From: Spirochaetia bacterium
GTDB lineage: Bacteria; Spirochaetota; Spirochaetia; UBA9216
Assembly (NCBI GenBank): GCA_963675665.1
Contig: OY776510.1
Span: 2,624,001-2,688,000 of the forward strand
Length of the DNA: 64,000 nt
Direction of reading: 5' to 3'
Below are positions 26,042 to 36,000 of the stretch, in pieces. Each line of letters opens with the position of its first letter. Position 1 is the stretch's first letter. The translations under genes were made by a program, and so were the position numbers. The notes under the pieces were generated by a model. The model saw only the letters and a list, made by a program, of their open reading frames with translations. It was not told the DNA's origin and ran no database searches.

Positions 26042-27892
26042 TTGCCCCGCGCAAAAAAGAACCCGAATGAAGGAAAGCTCAGGATTGGCGATGCCTGGAA
26101 TGCAATAACAATTATTGCATACTCCCAGAATAATCCTCTGAAGGCAATTGCCGAATTCGTTGAAAACTCAATTGATGCAAAGGCTTCGCATATAAAGATT
26201 ATCAGGGGGAAGCACAAGGGAGAGCATTATCTTAAGATAATCGATAACGGTCAGGGCATTGATGACTTCAAGTATGTTGCAACGCATATAGGCGATTCCA
26301 TTAAGCGAAAGCTTAAAAAGAGGGGCGAGAAAGGCTTGCAGGGTGAGTTCGGTATCGGCTTATTAAGTTTCTGGACCGTCGGCGAGCAGGCAATGCTTAC
26401 TTCAACAGGCAGTGAAGGCGTTACGCGAAGGCTGAATCTGGTTAAAGACAACCCCGGTTTTAATATAAGCAATGTAAACCAATTGTTTGAAAGTGAAACA
26501 GGAACCGAACTGCATATTACGCCTTTGTTATCAGGGATAAGGCAGCTGCACGGCGAAAAGATTCAGAACTATCTTGCGTCTGAACTTCGCGACCGGATTT
26601 CAAAAAGCGGTGTGGAGATCCGGATAATAGATAAAAGCGCCCGTAAGGAGTATGTCGTTGAACCGCGCAAGTTTACAGGCAGCCTTATTCATAACTTGCC
26701 TCAATGTAAGAATCCGCACGGTGAAATTTATTGCGAGCTGTATGTGAATGACCCTTCGCCGGATAATCACGTGGGCCTTTATAAGCACGGGACAAGAGTG
26801 ATAAAAGACATTACAGGGCTTGAGGCTTTTTCAAAGTCACCATGGAATTCCGAACTGCTTGAAGGCATAATCGACGTCACATTTCTGCAGCTTACACCCG
26901 GCACCCGCGACGGTGTAGTACTTGATGAGGCCTTCGTCAGCTTCGTTGCCTCTTTGGATACTATTACAGAGGATCTCTCAAAGGTTGTCGCAGCTTATAA
27001 ACGGGCTGAAGAAGAAACCGCAAGCAAGAGTATTCTTAGAAAGATAAGCCGTGCCATGAAGGAGGCTCTTTTATTTTTACCCACCGAAGAGTACAGCTGG
27101 CTTAACCTGCAGGGAAAAATAAAGACCAGGGTAGTGAAGTCTGAAAACGGAGAAATAGCGGGCGGTGAACCTGCCGGGGATGCTTCCGAAGGCCATCCGG
27201 ATTATATTGATGTCTCAGCAATTGAGTCCGAAGAAACCGACAGCATAATAATTCCGGAGATTTCCTCAGAACCTGTTGCTGAAAAGAACTTCTTTGATTT
27301 TCCGGGCCCGCTGTTTTCAGCAGTCATTTCACCATCATCTACAGTCATCCCGATAAATACATCAAAGACCTTCCAGCTGAAGGCCAGGGATAAAAAGCGC
27401 ACCCCGATAGAAGATGGTATTCAGGTTCAATGGGACCAGAAGGCTGAATTGGGTACATTTTCATCCAAAACAGGCGAGATAGTTGATTTTCAGGCCGGCA
27501 GTATACCCGGTGTTGAAGAGATAATTGCCTATGTTACACAGAATGATAAGACGGTTGAGTGTACAGCAGTTGTAACGATCACCGGTGAGCTGTTTGGAAA
27601 GGAAGAGGGTGAGGCTGTCGGCGGAAACAAGAAGGGGCTTCCGGGATATACCTTCAATCATTGCCCGGGCGAACTATGGCGCAGCCGCTATGATTCCGAA
27701 CGCGGCATAATAATTATAAACAGCGGTCATGCCGACTTTCTGTTCGCATCAAAATCAAATCCACGTAAATTGCGGTACATCACAAAGCTTTACGCAAAAG
27801 AGCTTGTTCTTGTAAATTTTCCTGAAGCGGATAGTGATAAGCTGCTTGAACGAATGATTGAACTGCAACTGTATACGGAAGAGAACCTGTAG
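26042..27892 (+). CDS. GHKL (HATPase_c_3/MORC-like) ATPase with Ig-like insert
   Basis: AEFVENSIDA (N box), DNGQG (G1), GEFGIG (G2), GT; acidic linker; beta-rich domain; IIINSGHADF tail. Confidence 0.8.
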   Translation: MPRAKKNPNEGKLRIGDAWNAITIIAYSQNNPLKAIAEFVENSIDAKASHIKIIRGKHKGEHYLKIIDNGQGIDDFKYVATHIGDSIKRKLKKRGEKGLQGEFGIGLLSFWTVGEQAMLTSTGSEGVTRRLNLVKDNPGFNISNVNQLFESETGTELHITPLLSGIRQLHGEKIQNYLASELRDRISKSGVEIRIIDKSARKEYVVEPRKFTGSLIHNLPQCKNPHGEIYCELYVNDPSPDNHVGLYKHGTRVIKDITGLEAFSKSPWNSELLEGIIDVTFLQLTPGTRDGVVLDEAFVSFVASLDTITEDLSKVVAAYKRAEEETASKSILRKISRAMKEALLFLPTEEYSWLNLQGKIKTRVVKSENGEIAGGEPAGDASEGHPDYIDVSAIESEETDSIIIPEISSEPVAEKNFFDFPGPLFSAVISPSSTVIPINTSKTFQLKARDKKRTPIEDGIQVQWDQKAELGTFSSKTGEIVDFQAGSIPGVEEIIAYVTQNDKTVECTAVVTITGELFGKEEGEAVGGNKKGLPGYTFNHCPGELWRSRYDSERGIIIINSGHADFLFASKSNPRKLRYITKLYAKELVLVNFPEADSDKLLERMIELQLYTEENL

Positions 27893-27998
27893 CTCATCCT
27901 TTTACATCATTTTTGATCAGGATTTCTTCGCTGAGAAACCCGGCTGTACAATACCTAAAACAATTACTATTATTAACACGAGGAGTGATGGATAGCTT

Positions 27999-28505
27999 AT
28001 GCTCATTATTTTTACCAATGGTTTTATACCTGTAATACCGGTTCTGATATGGAATGCAGTATTTACAAAGAAATTGCCTGAAGAATTCGGTCCCGAATCT
28101 TTTGATAGGGGTATTCCCGGGCCGCTTTTGATATCTGAGAATATCCTGAGATTACTAGTGTTCTTCCTTCCTCTGTGCACAAGGATTAATATCATCAGCA
28201 GTATCGGGCAATTGGGGTTAATAATATTTCTTTTCGGTATTGCATGTTATTTCGGTTCATGGATAATGCTGATTAGATTTCCGGGCGCAAGATGGTCCAA
28301 ATCGCTTTTCGGTTTTACGGCGCCGGCATATACGCCCTTAATCTGGCTGGTCGGCTTAAGCCTCCTGATTGACTCATATTACTTCAGATTTTCGTATGCA
28401 TTCTGGCATTATGCCATACTAAGCTGTGCTTTTATCGGTGTCCATTTAACACATACGATCCTGGCCTTCAGTAAGAAGCGACGTAGCCACAAATACAGGC
28501 TGTAG
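27999..28505 (+). CDS. Hypothetical membrane protein
   Basis: About 5 hydrophobic segments. Confidence 0.65.
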   Translation: MLIIFTNGFIPVIPVLIWNAVFTKKLPEEFGPESFDRGIPGPLLISENILRLLVFFLPLCTRINIISSIGQLGLIIFLFGIACYFGSWIMLIRFPGARWSKSLFGFTAPAYTPLIWLVGLSLLIDSYYFRFSYAFWHYAILSCAFIGVHLTHTILAFSKKRRSHKYRL

Positions 28506-28808
28506 AGATACCTGGTCAAACGGAAGTAGAGCGGTGCGGATGTTCCTGTCATTTGCTCGACATTCTACAGGGATAAGAGTTGCCTTCTGTCTATTACATT
28601 AAACAATAACGAAGGAGTTTTCATGAGATTACTGGATATTGAGTATCAGTTTCAAACCATAATCTGTTTTTGCTCTTTGTCTTCTATCCGTGGTTTTCAT
28701 ATGGAAAATTTCATTTTTCTGCTTTGTCCCCTCAGCAATCCTTGATTTTATTTCTTTTTCCGAATCGCTTCCTGTTTTCAAATTGTTAAAAATATCTATA
28801 ATACTGAT

Positions 28809-29987
28809 ATGGATAATATTAATTCTGAAGAAAATAATAATGAATTTGCTGAACTTTTAAACCGGAGTTTTACTGAGACGGAATCATTGACGCCGGGACA
28901 ACAGATTGAAACCGACATTGTTTCAATAGCCGGAGATACTGTCTTTCTGGAGCTTAACGGAAAGACAGAGGGGGTACTTGACCGGGCCGAGCTTGCAGAT
29001 AAGGATGGAAACATTCAGGTAGAGGTCGGAGACAGGATAAAGGTATTCTTCCTTTATGCAAAAAGCGGCGAGATGCATTTCACAACAAGGATAAGCGGTG
29101 ACAAGGCCGGTGAGGCCGGTAACGCGGTGCTTCAAACGGCGTATGAAAGCGCTATTCCCGTTGAGGGCTTTGTTGAAAAGGAGATCAAGGGCGGTTTTGA
29201 TATCAGGATAGGAGACGTGCGCGCTTTCTGTCCCTGGTCGCAGATGGGTTTGAAGCGTGTAGAAAACGCTGCAGAATGGATTGGAAAAAACCTCACCTTT
29301 AAAATCACCGAATTCAGCGAAAACGGGCGTAATATCCTCGTTTCAAACAGGGCCGTTTTGGAAGAGGAACACAATAAAAAGATCGATGAGCTGAAAAAGA
29401 CTCTTCGTGAAGATATGGTTGTCAAAGGTACTGTAAAGGAGATCCGGGATTTCGGCGCTTTTGTTGATATAGACGGAATTCAGGCCCTTTTGCCGGTTTC
29501 CGAGATAAGCCGGGAGCGGGTAGAGGATATTAACTCTGTACTGAAGGTCGGCAGCGGGATTGAGGCTTCCATTCTGTCAATTGACTGGAAAAGGGAGAGG
29601 ATAAGCCTCAGCATGAAAGCTTTGCTTGCAGACCCCTGGGATGAAATTGAAGCCAAATACAGCAAGGGCTCAAAATATACTGGAACTGTTGCGAGGATTA
29701 CCAGTTTCGGGGCGTTTGTTACCCTTGAACCCGGCCTCGACGGTCTTGTTCATATTTCTGAACTCAGGGGAGATTCCAGCGACAGTAATCCTGCCGATAA
29801 ATTAAAGCCCGGGCAGAGTATCACTGTGCTTATAAAGGACATTGATAAGGGAAAAAAGAGATTATCACTTAAGCCTGCTTCAACAATTCAGGAGGATGAG
29901 ACGGTAAAAAAATATATGGAACCGGAAGTTGACTCCGATACCTACAACCCCTTCGCTGCGCTTTTAAAGGACAGAAAGAAGAAGTAA
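28809..29987 (+). CDS. rpsA: 30S ribosomal protein S1-like, four S1 domains
   Basis: S1 repeats: RAFCPWSQ, DFGAFVDIDG..LLPVSEIS, SFGAFVTLEPGLDGLVHISEL. Confidence 0.85.
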   Translation: MDNINSEENNNEFAELLNRSFTETESLTPGQQIETDIVSIAGDTVFLELNGKTEGVLDRAELADKDGNIQVEVGDRIKVFFLYAKSGEMHFTTRISGDKAGEAGNAVLQTAYESAIPVEGFVEKEIKGGFDIRIGDVRAFCPWSQMGLKRVENAAEWIGKNLTFKITEFSENGRNILVSNRAVLEEEHNKKIDELKKTLREDMVVKGTVKEIRDFGAFVDIDGIQALLPVSEISRERVEDINSVLKVGSGIEASILSIDWKRERISLSMKALLADPWDEIEAKYSKGSKYTGTVARITSFGAFVTLEPGLDGLVHISELRGDSSDSNPADKLKPGQSITVLIKDIDKGKKRLSLKPASTIQEDETVKKYMEPEVDSDTYNPFAALLKDRKKK

Positions 29988-30002
29988 TTTACCGAGGGTA
30001 GT

Positions 30003-30557
30003 ATGAACGTAAAGGAAGCAATAGAATCACGAAGGGCATATCGGGCCCTTGAAACCGCACCTGTCGACAGTGAGACTGTCGAAGAACTCGGAAAAGCCGC
30101 GCAGCTGGCTCCTTCCTGCTTCAACAAGCAGCCGTGGAGGTTTGTGTTCATCTCCGGCTCGCAAAGGCTGGAAGAGTTCCATTCTGTGCTGTCGGAACAG
30201 AACAGCTGGGCTAAAAATGCCCCTCTGATAATTGCCGTGATCACTGAACCGTCAATGGACTGCAGGCTGAAGGACGGGCGGGAATACAGCTTTTTCGATA
30301 CCGGAATTGCATGCGGCTTTATAATGCTGAGAGCAACGGAACTCGGCCTTGTGGCCCATCCCATGGCTGGATACAATCAGGCCGCAGCCAAAGCTGTTCT
30401 GGGCATTCCGGAAGAGATGACTTTAATCAATCTCATCGCAGTGGGCGTCCATGCGGAGAATTACAAAAAACTGCTTGAGGGCGACAGTCTGAAAGTGGAA
30501 GCCGAACGCCCGGTGCGGAAAGATCTGTCCGAGTTAATCAGGGTCGACAGTTATTGA
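30003..30557 (+). CDS. Nitroreductase family protein
   Basis: SRRAYR, LAPSCFNKQPWRF and DTGIA..IMLRATELGL motifs. Confidence 0.92.
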   Translation: MNVKEAIESRRAYRALETAPVDSETVEELGKAAQLAPSCFNKQPWRFVFISGSQRLEEFHSVLSEQNSWAKNAPLIIAVITEPSMDCRLKDGREYSFFDTGIACGFIMLRATELGLVAHPMAGYNQAAAKAVLGIPEEMTLINLIAVGVHAENYKKLLEGDSLKVEAERPVRKDLSELIRVDSY

Positions 30558-30624
30558 GCGCGTGCCCCGGACATTGACATCCGGATACGGCATGATATTA
30601 TTATATCTCCTGATGGAGGCAATT

Positions 30625-32286
30625 ATGAAAAAAACCTGCCGGTTATTAATTCTTGTCCTGGTATTGCTGCTTTGTTCAAGCATCCTTTTTGCCGAAGAGG
30701 CATCCGGCGGCGTCCCGGCTTCGTTCTGCTTCGATTTTTACCGGGCCGTCAGCTCTTCAGAAGAAAATATTCTATTTTCCCCGCTTAGTGTATCCATGGT
30801 GTTTTCAATGGTGCACGCAGGAACAGCCGGCAATACCGCGCAGCAGATCGCCCGGACCTTCGGTTTTAAACCTGACAGCAGTGAACAGGCGGAATACTAC
30901 AAGGGGATAATCGATTCCATCAGGCAGATAAACAGCGGAGACACGTCCCTTCTGCTTTCCAATTCATTGTGGCCGCAAAAAGGGGAAATTAATCCGGAAT
31001 ATACCAGGTTGATTGAAAATGTCTATCACGGGAGAATTTTCCCTGTTGACTACCGCAGCAATGCGCCTGCCGTAACTGAAGCAATTAATAAATATGTAAG
31101 AGAATCTACGGCGGGGAATATTAAACGGCTTCTAAAATACGATCTTGATTCCGAAACGGTATTCACCCTGCTTAACGTAATCTACTTCAAAGACAGCTGG
31201 TTATACCGGTTCAACGAATCCTCGAACATGGTTCTGGAATTTCATATCGATGAAGATCATTCGGTTGAGACAATTTTCATGCATCAGGAATCGCCGTTCA
31301 ACTATTATGAAGATGAGTTTTTCCAGGCGGTGGAGCTTCCATATAATACCGAACGGATCTCGATGCTGATCATTCTTCCGCGAGGCGGGGAAGACTTGCA
31401 GCGGATAGAGCAGGGCCTGTCGTTCGAACAGCTCGAAGGTGTGCTCGGCAAGAAGTGGAGTGAACCGGTTAGTCTTTACCTGCCCCGTTTTGAGCTTGAA
31501 TCAGATCTGGATTTGAAACTGATTCTCTCTTCAATGGGAATAACCGATGCTTTCAATCTTGCGAAGGCTGATTTCTCGAATATGAGCGGCGAGCGGCTCT
31601 GTATCGGCTTTGCAAAACATGCAGCACGAATAAAGGTAAATGAGGAAGGCTCGGAGGCGGCCGCAGCCACTGTTGCAGGCGGGTGTTTTCCGGCCGGCAC
31701 TCTTGTGCTTACCGCCGGAGGTCCTGTTCCAATCGAAGAGATTGAGCCGGGAACACCGGTGCGCAGCTTCAATTTCAAAAAAGACGTTTGGGAAGAAGCA
31801 GAGGTAACAGCCCTGCATCGCTTCGACAATAACGATGCCGGGGTAGAGCTGAGCATTGAGGGCAGCTTTATAAGAGCAACGAGTAACCATCCCTTCTATG
31901 TCCTTGAAGGAGAAGACCTGCAAACACGGAGATATCCGGCTGATATTTCTGATCCGGTTGATGACGCGGGATATGGCGGCAGATGGGTTGAAGCCGGAGA
32001 GCTGCGCCCGGGCGATCTAATCAAGTGTTTCGGTGTCGGTTCTGCTGTAGTCGACAGGGTAAAAAATATAACCCTGCGCGAACCGGTATACAACCTGGCG
32101 GTAGATGGACACCATAATTTTACAGTCGGAAGCTGCGGAGCTCTTGTTCATAATAAGGATGCCCAGGAAGAATCTCCCGTGATGTTTTATGCGAACCGTC
32201 CCTTTATTTTTATTATAAGGGATAACCTGACCGGAGAGATTTATTTTATGGGAAGGCTGAGTAAGCCCGGTCAGGTGAGTAAGTAA
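30625..32286 (+). CDS. Secreted serpin with intein-like Hint domain inserted in the reactive centre loop
   Basis: GGAGG RBS and signal peptide. Serpin motifs NILFSPLS, IN.YV..ST.G.I, LNVIYFKDSW, ELPY, LPRFEL, hinge VNEEGSEAAAAT and FYANRPFIFII...IYFMGR. A Hint insert lies between the hinge and strand s1C. Confidence 0.93.
   Translation: MKKTCRLLILVLVLLLCSSILFAEEASGGVPASFCFDFYRAVSSSEENILFSPLSVSMVFSMVHAGTAGNTAQQIARTFGFKPDSSEQAEYYKGIIDSIRQINSGDTSLLLSNSLWPQKGEINPEYTRLIENVYHGRIFPVDYRSNAPAVTEAINKYVRESTAGNIKRLLKYDLDSETVFTLLNVIYFKDSWLYRFNESSNMVLEFHIDEDHSVETIFMHQESPFNYYEDEFFQAVELPYNTERISMLIILPRGGEDLQRIEQGLSFEQLEGVLGKKWSEPVSLYLPRFELESDLDLKLILSSMGITDAFNLAKADFSNMSGERLCIGFAKHAARIKVNEEGSEAAAATVAGGCFPAGTLVLTAGGPVPIEEIEPGTPVRSFNFKKDVWEEAEVTALHRFDNNDAGVELSIEGSFIRATSNHPFYVLEGEDLQTRRYPADISDPVDDAGYGGRWVEAGELRPGDLIKCFGVGSAVVDRVKNITLREPVYNLAVDGHHNFTVGSCGALVHNKDAQEESPVMFYANRPFIFIIRDNLTGEIYFMGRLSKPGQVSK
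31684..32154 (+). other. Intein-like Hint domain (BIL-A/pretoxin-Hint type), 157 aa, no endonuclease
   Basis: Block A CFPAGTLVLT..G..PIEEI..G..V; block B ATSNHPFYV (TxxH); WVEAGELRPGD; block F VYNLAVDGHHNFTV; terminal LVHN followed by Lys. Confidence 0.93.
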
Positions 32287-32303
32287 AAGCAGGAAGAATA
32301 TTC

Positions 32304-32413
32304 GGCCACGGATATATCGGGCGGTACAGGCGGGTCACACGGACTGCGTTAATCCATATAGTCTGACTTAAACTATCAGCACCGAAGCCGTAGGCGTAGG
32401 TATGAACACTGAT
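32304..32413 (+). repeat. CACGGA-family intergenic repeat, copy C (filled)
   Basis: Core 32337-32404 is shared with copies A and B. Confidence 0.9.
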
Positions 32414-32639
32414 TGAAGAAGTGATTGAGTTAAATCCTGTTTTAAAACAAGAAGAACTTTTCTAAATTGCTGTTAATCTTTTCTGTGTGAAATTTTGGAG
32501 TTAGCTATTCGGGTGGAATATCCTGTCTGCCTTCATTATTTTTAATTTATAATCCATATTATTGCAACAATATTAACGTACCGGGTTATAATAATGATAG
32601 AGATTCCTGCTATATATTTTCATTAATCATGGTTGTCTG

Positions 32640-32837
32640 CATATCATATATGAAGACGGGGCAGAGAAACTGATTGTCGGAACAGGTCAATACGGTTTTG
32701 TTAAATTGTCCGGGGCCGCTGCAGCTTATCTGGAATCAAGGGGTTGTGCCTGCCTGCTTTATCCGACGCCGCGAGCTGTAAAAGAGTGGAATGCGGAGCA
32801 GGGAAAAGTAATGGGGTTGTTTCATATCACCTGCTGA
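32640..32837 (+). pseudogene. 5'-truncated Mth938-like (DUF498) protein
   Basis: EKLIVGTGQYG..KLS..A..YL..RG....PTPRAVKEWN....KVMGLFHITC*; in-frame stop at 32598-32600 and no ATG between that stop and the motif. Confidence 0.7.
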
Positions 32838-32885
32838 GCCAGCCCGGTTTAACGGGCGGGAAAAGTCTTACCCCCTTTGCTGATT

Positions 32886-32936
32886 ATCCGTGTCAATCCG
32901 TGTTGCCATTCATATGTGCCGCCTATATCCGTGGCC
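32886..32936 (-). repeat. CACGGA-family repeat, copy D (empty, inverted)
   Basis: Reverse complement reads GGCCACGGATATA...ACACGGATTGACACGGAT. Confidence 0.8.
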
Positions 32937-33009
32937 AAACGTCTTTAATGTCCACATTTTCAGGTCAGCGCCAGGCTCAGAGAATATAACGGTAAATATA
33001 TTTTTCCAC

Positions 33010-36000
33010 CTAAATCCTGATGCTGCCGCTTTTCCGTCCGGAGACTGCATATTTCATATATGGAATTATTACATCGTTCTTTAATGATTCGGTCCCGTCA
33101 TAGGTTATGGTAAGTACCGGAACACCGGTCAGCTCTTCAATGTCCCTGCTCATGGCTTCGGTGACGAGCGAAGGACAGCAGAATGCGGGGTTTGTCTGAA
33201 TAAAAAGTGAGACATCAGGGTGTTCTTTTATAATGCGGAAGATTTTAAGGATGTTTTCATTGCTTTCGCCTTCCTGCTCCACTCTGATATTAAAATTGGC
33301 AAGCTGGGTCTCAATATCTGGGTTCTTTGACTTTATCGGATCACCTATGTATTTGCTCAGATACCGGTAGTAGCGGCCCTCAAGCAGTTCCATGGCTGCA
33401 AGAAGGGATTTGCAGATGACAACATCGGAAATTTTCAACTCCCTGAACCATCTTTTAAAAACCGCACTGCTGATAATTTTAGCGTATTCGTTATACGGTG
33501 TCGTCAGAACCTCGCCGCCTGCATCTTCTATAATCTTAATCAGGTTCTGATTCATAACATCATTATCCCTGACATACAGATCTCCGAATAGCGCAACTTT
33601 CGGGCGGTCTGTTTTATTGTACTCTATCGCATCAAGCCCGGCTATAATTGATTTCACCGCTTCAGTAAAGTGCATTTCCCCGAGGAACGCTTTTTCCAGA
33701 ATTATTCTTGATTCCGCAATAACCCTGTCTGTTTCTCCCTTATGTACCTCATAGGGTCTTATCATGCAGCCGATTTTTTTCAGGTTGCCTCCGAACATAT
33801 AAGCAAAGTAGGTTTTGATTGATACAATGGGACTGATTTCCACCATGGTCAGCACGCCGGTATAAACACCTGCCGTCTGCAGTCCGTTACCTTCCTTTTC
33901 CATGAGGCTTTTAATGTAGGACGGATACATCGGTATGTTGCAGGCCCATGCTGATTTTATCATCCACAGGACGGTGTCCGCGGGGTTGAGCTTATATTTT
34001 TTTATGTATTGTGCATACTCGTGCGCTATTGTGTTTACAGGAATGCACTGGCCCGTGTTCATTCTCATACTTTCCGCTATCATCTTCGGAGTTTCTTCCA
34101 GCACCCTGGCATCTATTCCCGCGTAGCGCAGATTTGCCGCGACAAGGGGAAGAACAAAGGTGTCCCAGTTCGGCAAAAGAACTGTCTTTCCTTCAAGCGA
34201 TTTGGAGATTTGCGGCAGAACTGGAAGTTTGTTATCCTGCGCAGGAGTCCTTGCTGATTTAAAATGATTTCTGAAAGACCTGATCCCGGCTTCGATTCTT
34301 GTTTCGTATCCGATATTTGAATCGTGATCGTCGGTCTGAAGGATTAAATAAGGTTTTTCATGCCTGTCCATTATCCTCCTGAAATACTCCAGTGTAAACG
34401 AGTCGGGCGAACACTTGAATGATGTCACAAATACAGGGTAAAGCCCCTCGGTTTTCGCGCAATAATCTGCGGCGGCTAGGATCTCCGACGGATAAGCCCA
34501 GTGAAACTGGTCAAGCAGGCCGTCGACGGCTTCTGAAGGTTCGGCTGCCGGAATCATATCGGTAAAATACGTTTCAATACCGAGGGCGGCAAAGAAACCG
34601 GGAATATTCTTGTTCATCGATTCAAGCAGCACTGTATACGGCCTTCCTGTCAGAAGCACCTGTATATCGCCGTTTTCAGAAGAATGATAAACCTTTCTCA
34701 ATGCCTGTTTTGCTTTTTTGAAATTTTCAACTGCATCTTCAAATGCCGCGGATATTTCCGGAAAACTGAACTTCCGTTGAACATGCTCATTTACCGCTTT
34801 CATGAGTTCGAATTTTATTTTAAGCGGATTGGACCGGTAATTGATAAGAGGCATCAAACTCGTTATTTTACTGCCCCTCAGTTTCATTGATGAGGTAAGG
34901 GTTGAACTGAACTGGGTATAGTAGCAGAATTTCCGAAGCCGTGATGTATCTTTTTCATCCTTCCTGTCGCCGATGTGTATGGGCAGAAATACTACATCCG
35001 ATTTTTCGGCAACCGAGGCCGTATGACCGTAGAAAGCCGTCATCGGTGCACAGAATTCGGCGCCGGCAAGCTTTTTGCCCCGGGCTATTACGTCGGGGGT
35101 CTCTTCGCTTGTGACGGTCCTTATTCCGAGATTGTTAAAGAATTTCCGCCAGAGAAGCGTTTCGTCGAAAATCCTGAGTCCCGAGGGAATCCCGACAACA
35201 GGCAGTTCCGTCTTTTCGGGTTGCGCGGGCATCAGCGGGGCAAGTGCGGATTTTCGGATCTGCAGCAGTGAAGGCGTCTGCTGCTTTTTTACAAACTTTT
35301 TGGTGTTATAGTCCCTGCCGCACAGAAATCCGTAGGCAACCTCTTCATTTTTAACATCTGCAATTCTGATTCTGCAGTGGTTTCCGCACAGTCCGCATAT
35401 TTCGGTCCGGACTTCTATATTTTCCCGCCAGATATCGAAGCCCCTGAAGCCGGAAATGCCGCTCTTCTCTTCAGCGGCAGTGACCGCAGCTCCAAGGGCC
35501 CCGGTTAAATGGCAGTATTTTGAAACAAGCACGGGTTTGCCGAGTTTTTGCTCAAAGGCTGCAACAAGCGTCCGGTTCTTTGCGGTTGCTCCCTGAAAAT
35601 ATACCCGGTTTCCGATATTGCCTTCAGCGGCCACCTTCTGCAGATAGTTTTCCCTGACTGAAAACAGTACCGCTGCAAGAATCTCACCGACTTCATAACC
35701 TTTATTCAGGTAATGATTAATATCCCTTTCCATGAAAACAGTGCACCTGTCGCTGGTCAGGGGGGCCCTTGCTCCTTCTGCAAGATCTGCATATTCGGAA
35801 AGTGCCACGCCGAGTTTTGATGCCTGTTCTTCAATAAAGCTGCCGGTTCCGGCTGCGCATACCGTATTCATCTGTGAAAAGGTCACGACGCCCTTTCTCA
35901 GGGTTGTAAATTTAGAATCCTGCCCGCCTATCTCAATAATTGTATCGATATCAGGATCAAGCAATACTGCAGCACGCGCATGAGCTGAAATCTCATCCAG

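Noticed and set aside
25978-26217. 79-aa minus-strand ORF ending KIIHQGKKLYAAA
   Set aside because: It is a chimera of the antisense strand of the GHKL gene and the short MNT relic, not a gene.
31684-32154. Canonical mobile intein with homing endonuclease
   Set aside because: Only 157 aa, no LAGLIDADG/HNH motifs, and the +1 residue is Lys.
6098-32936. CACGGA repeats as a CRISPR array
   Set aside because: Copies are dispersed kilobases apart in both orientations, with no repeat-spacer periodicity and no cas genes.
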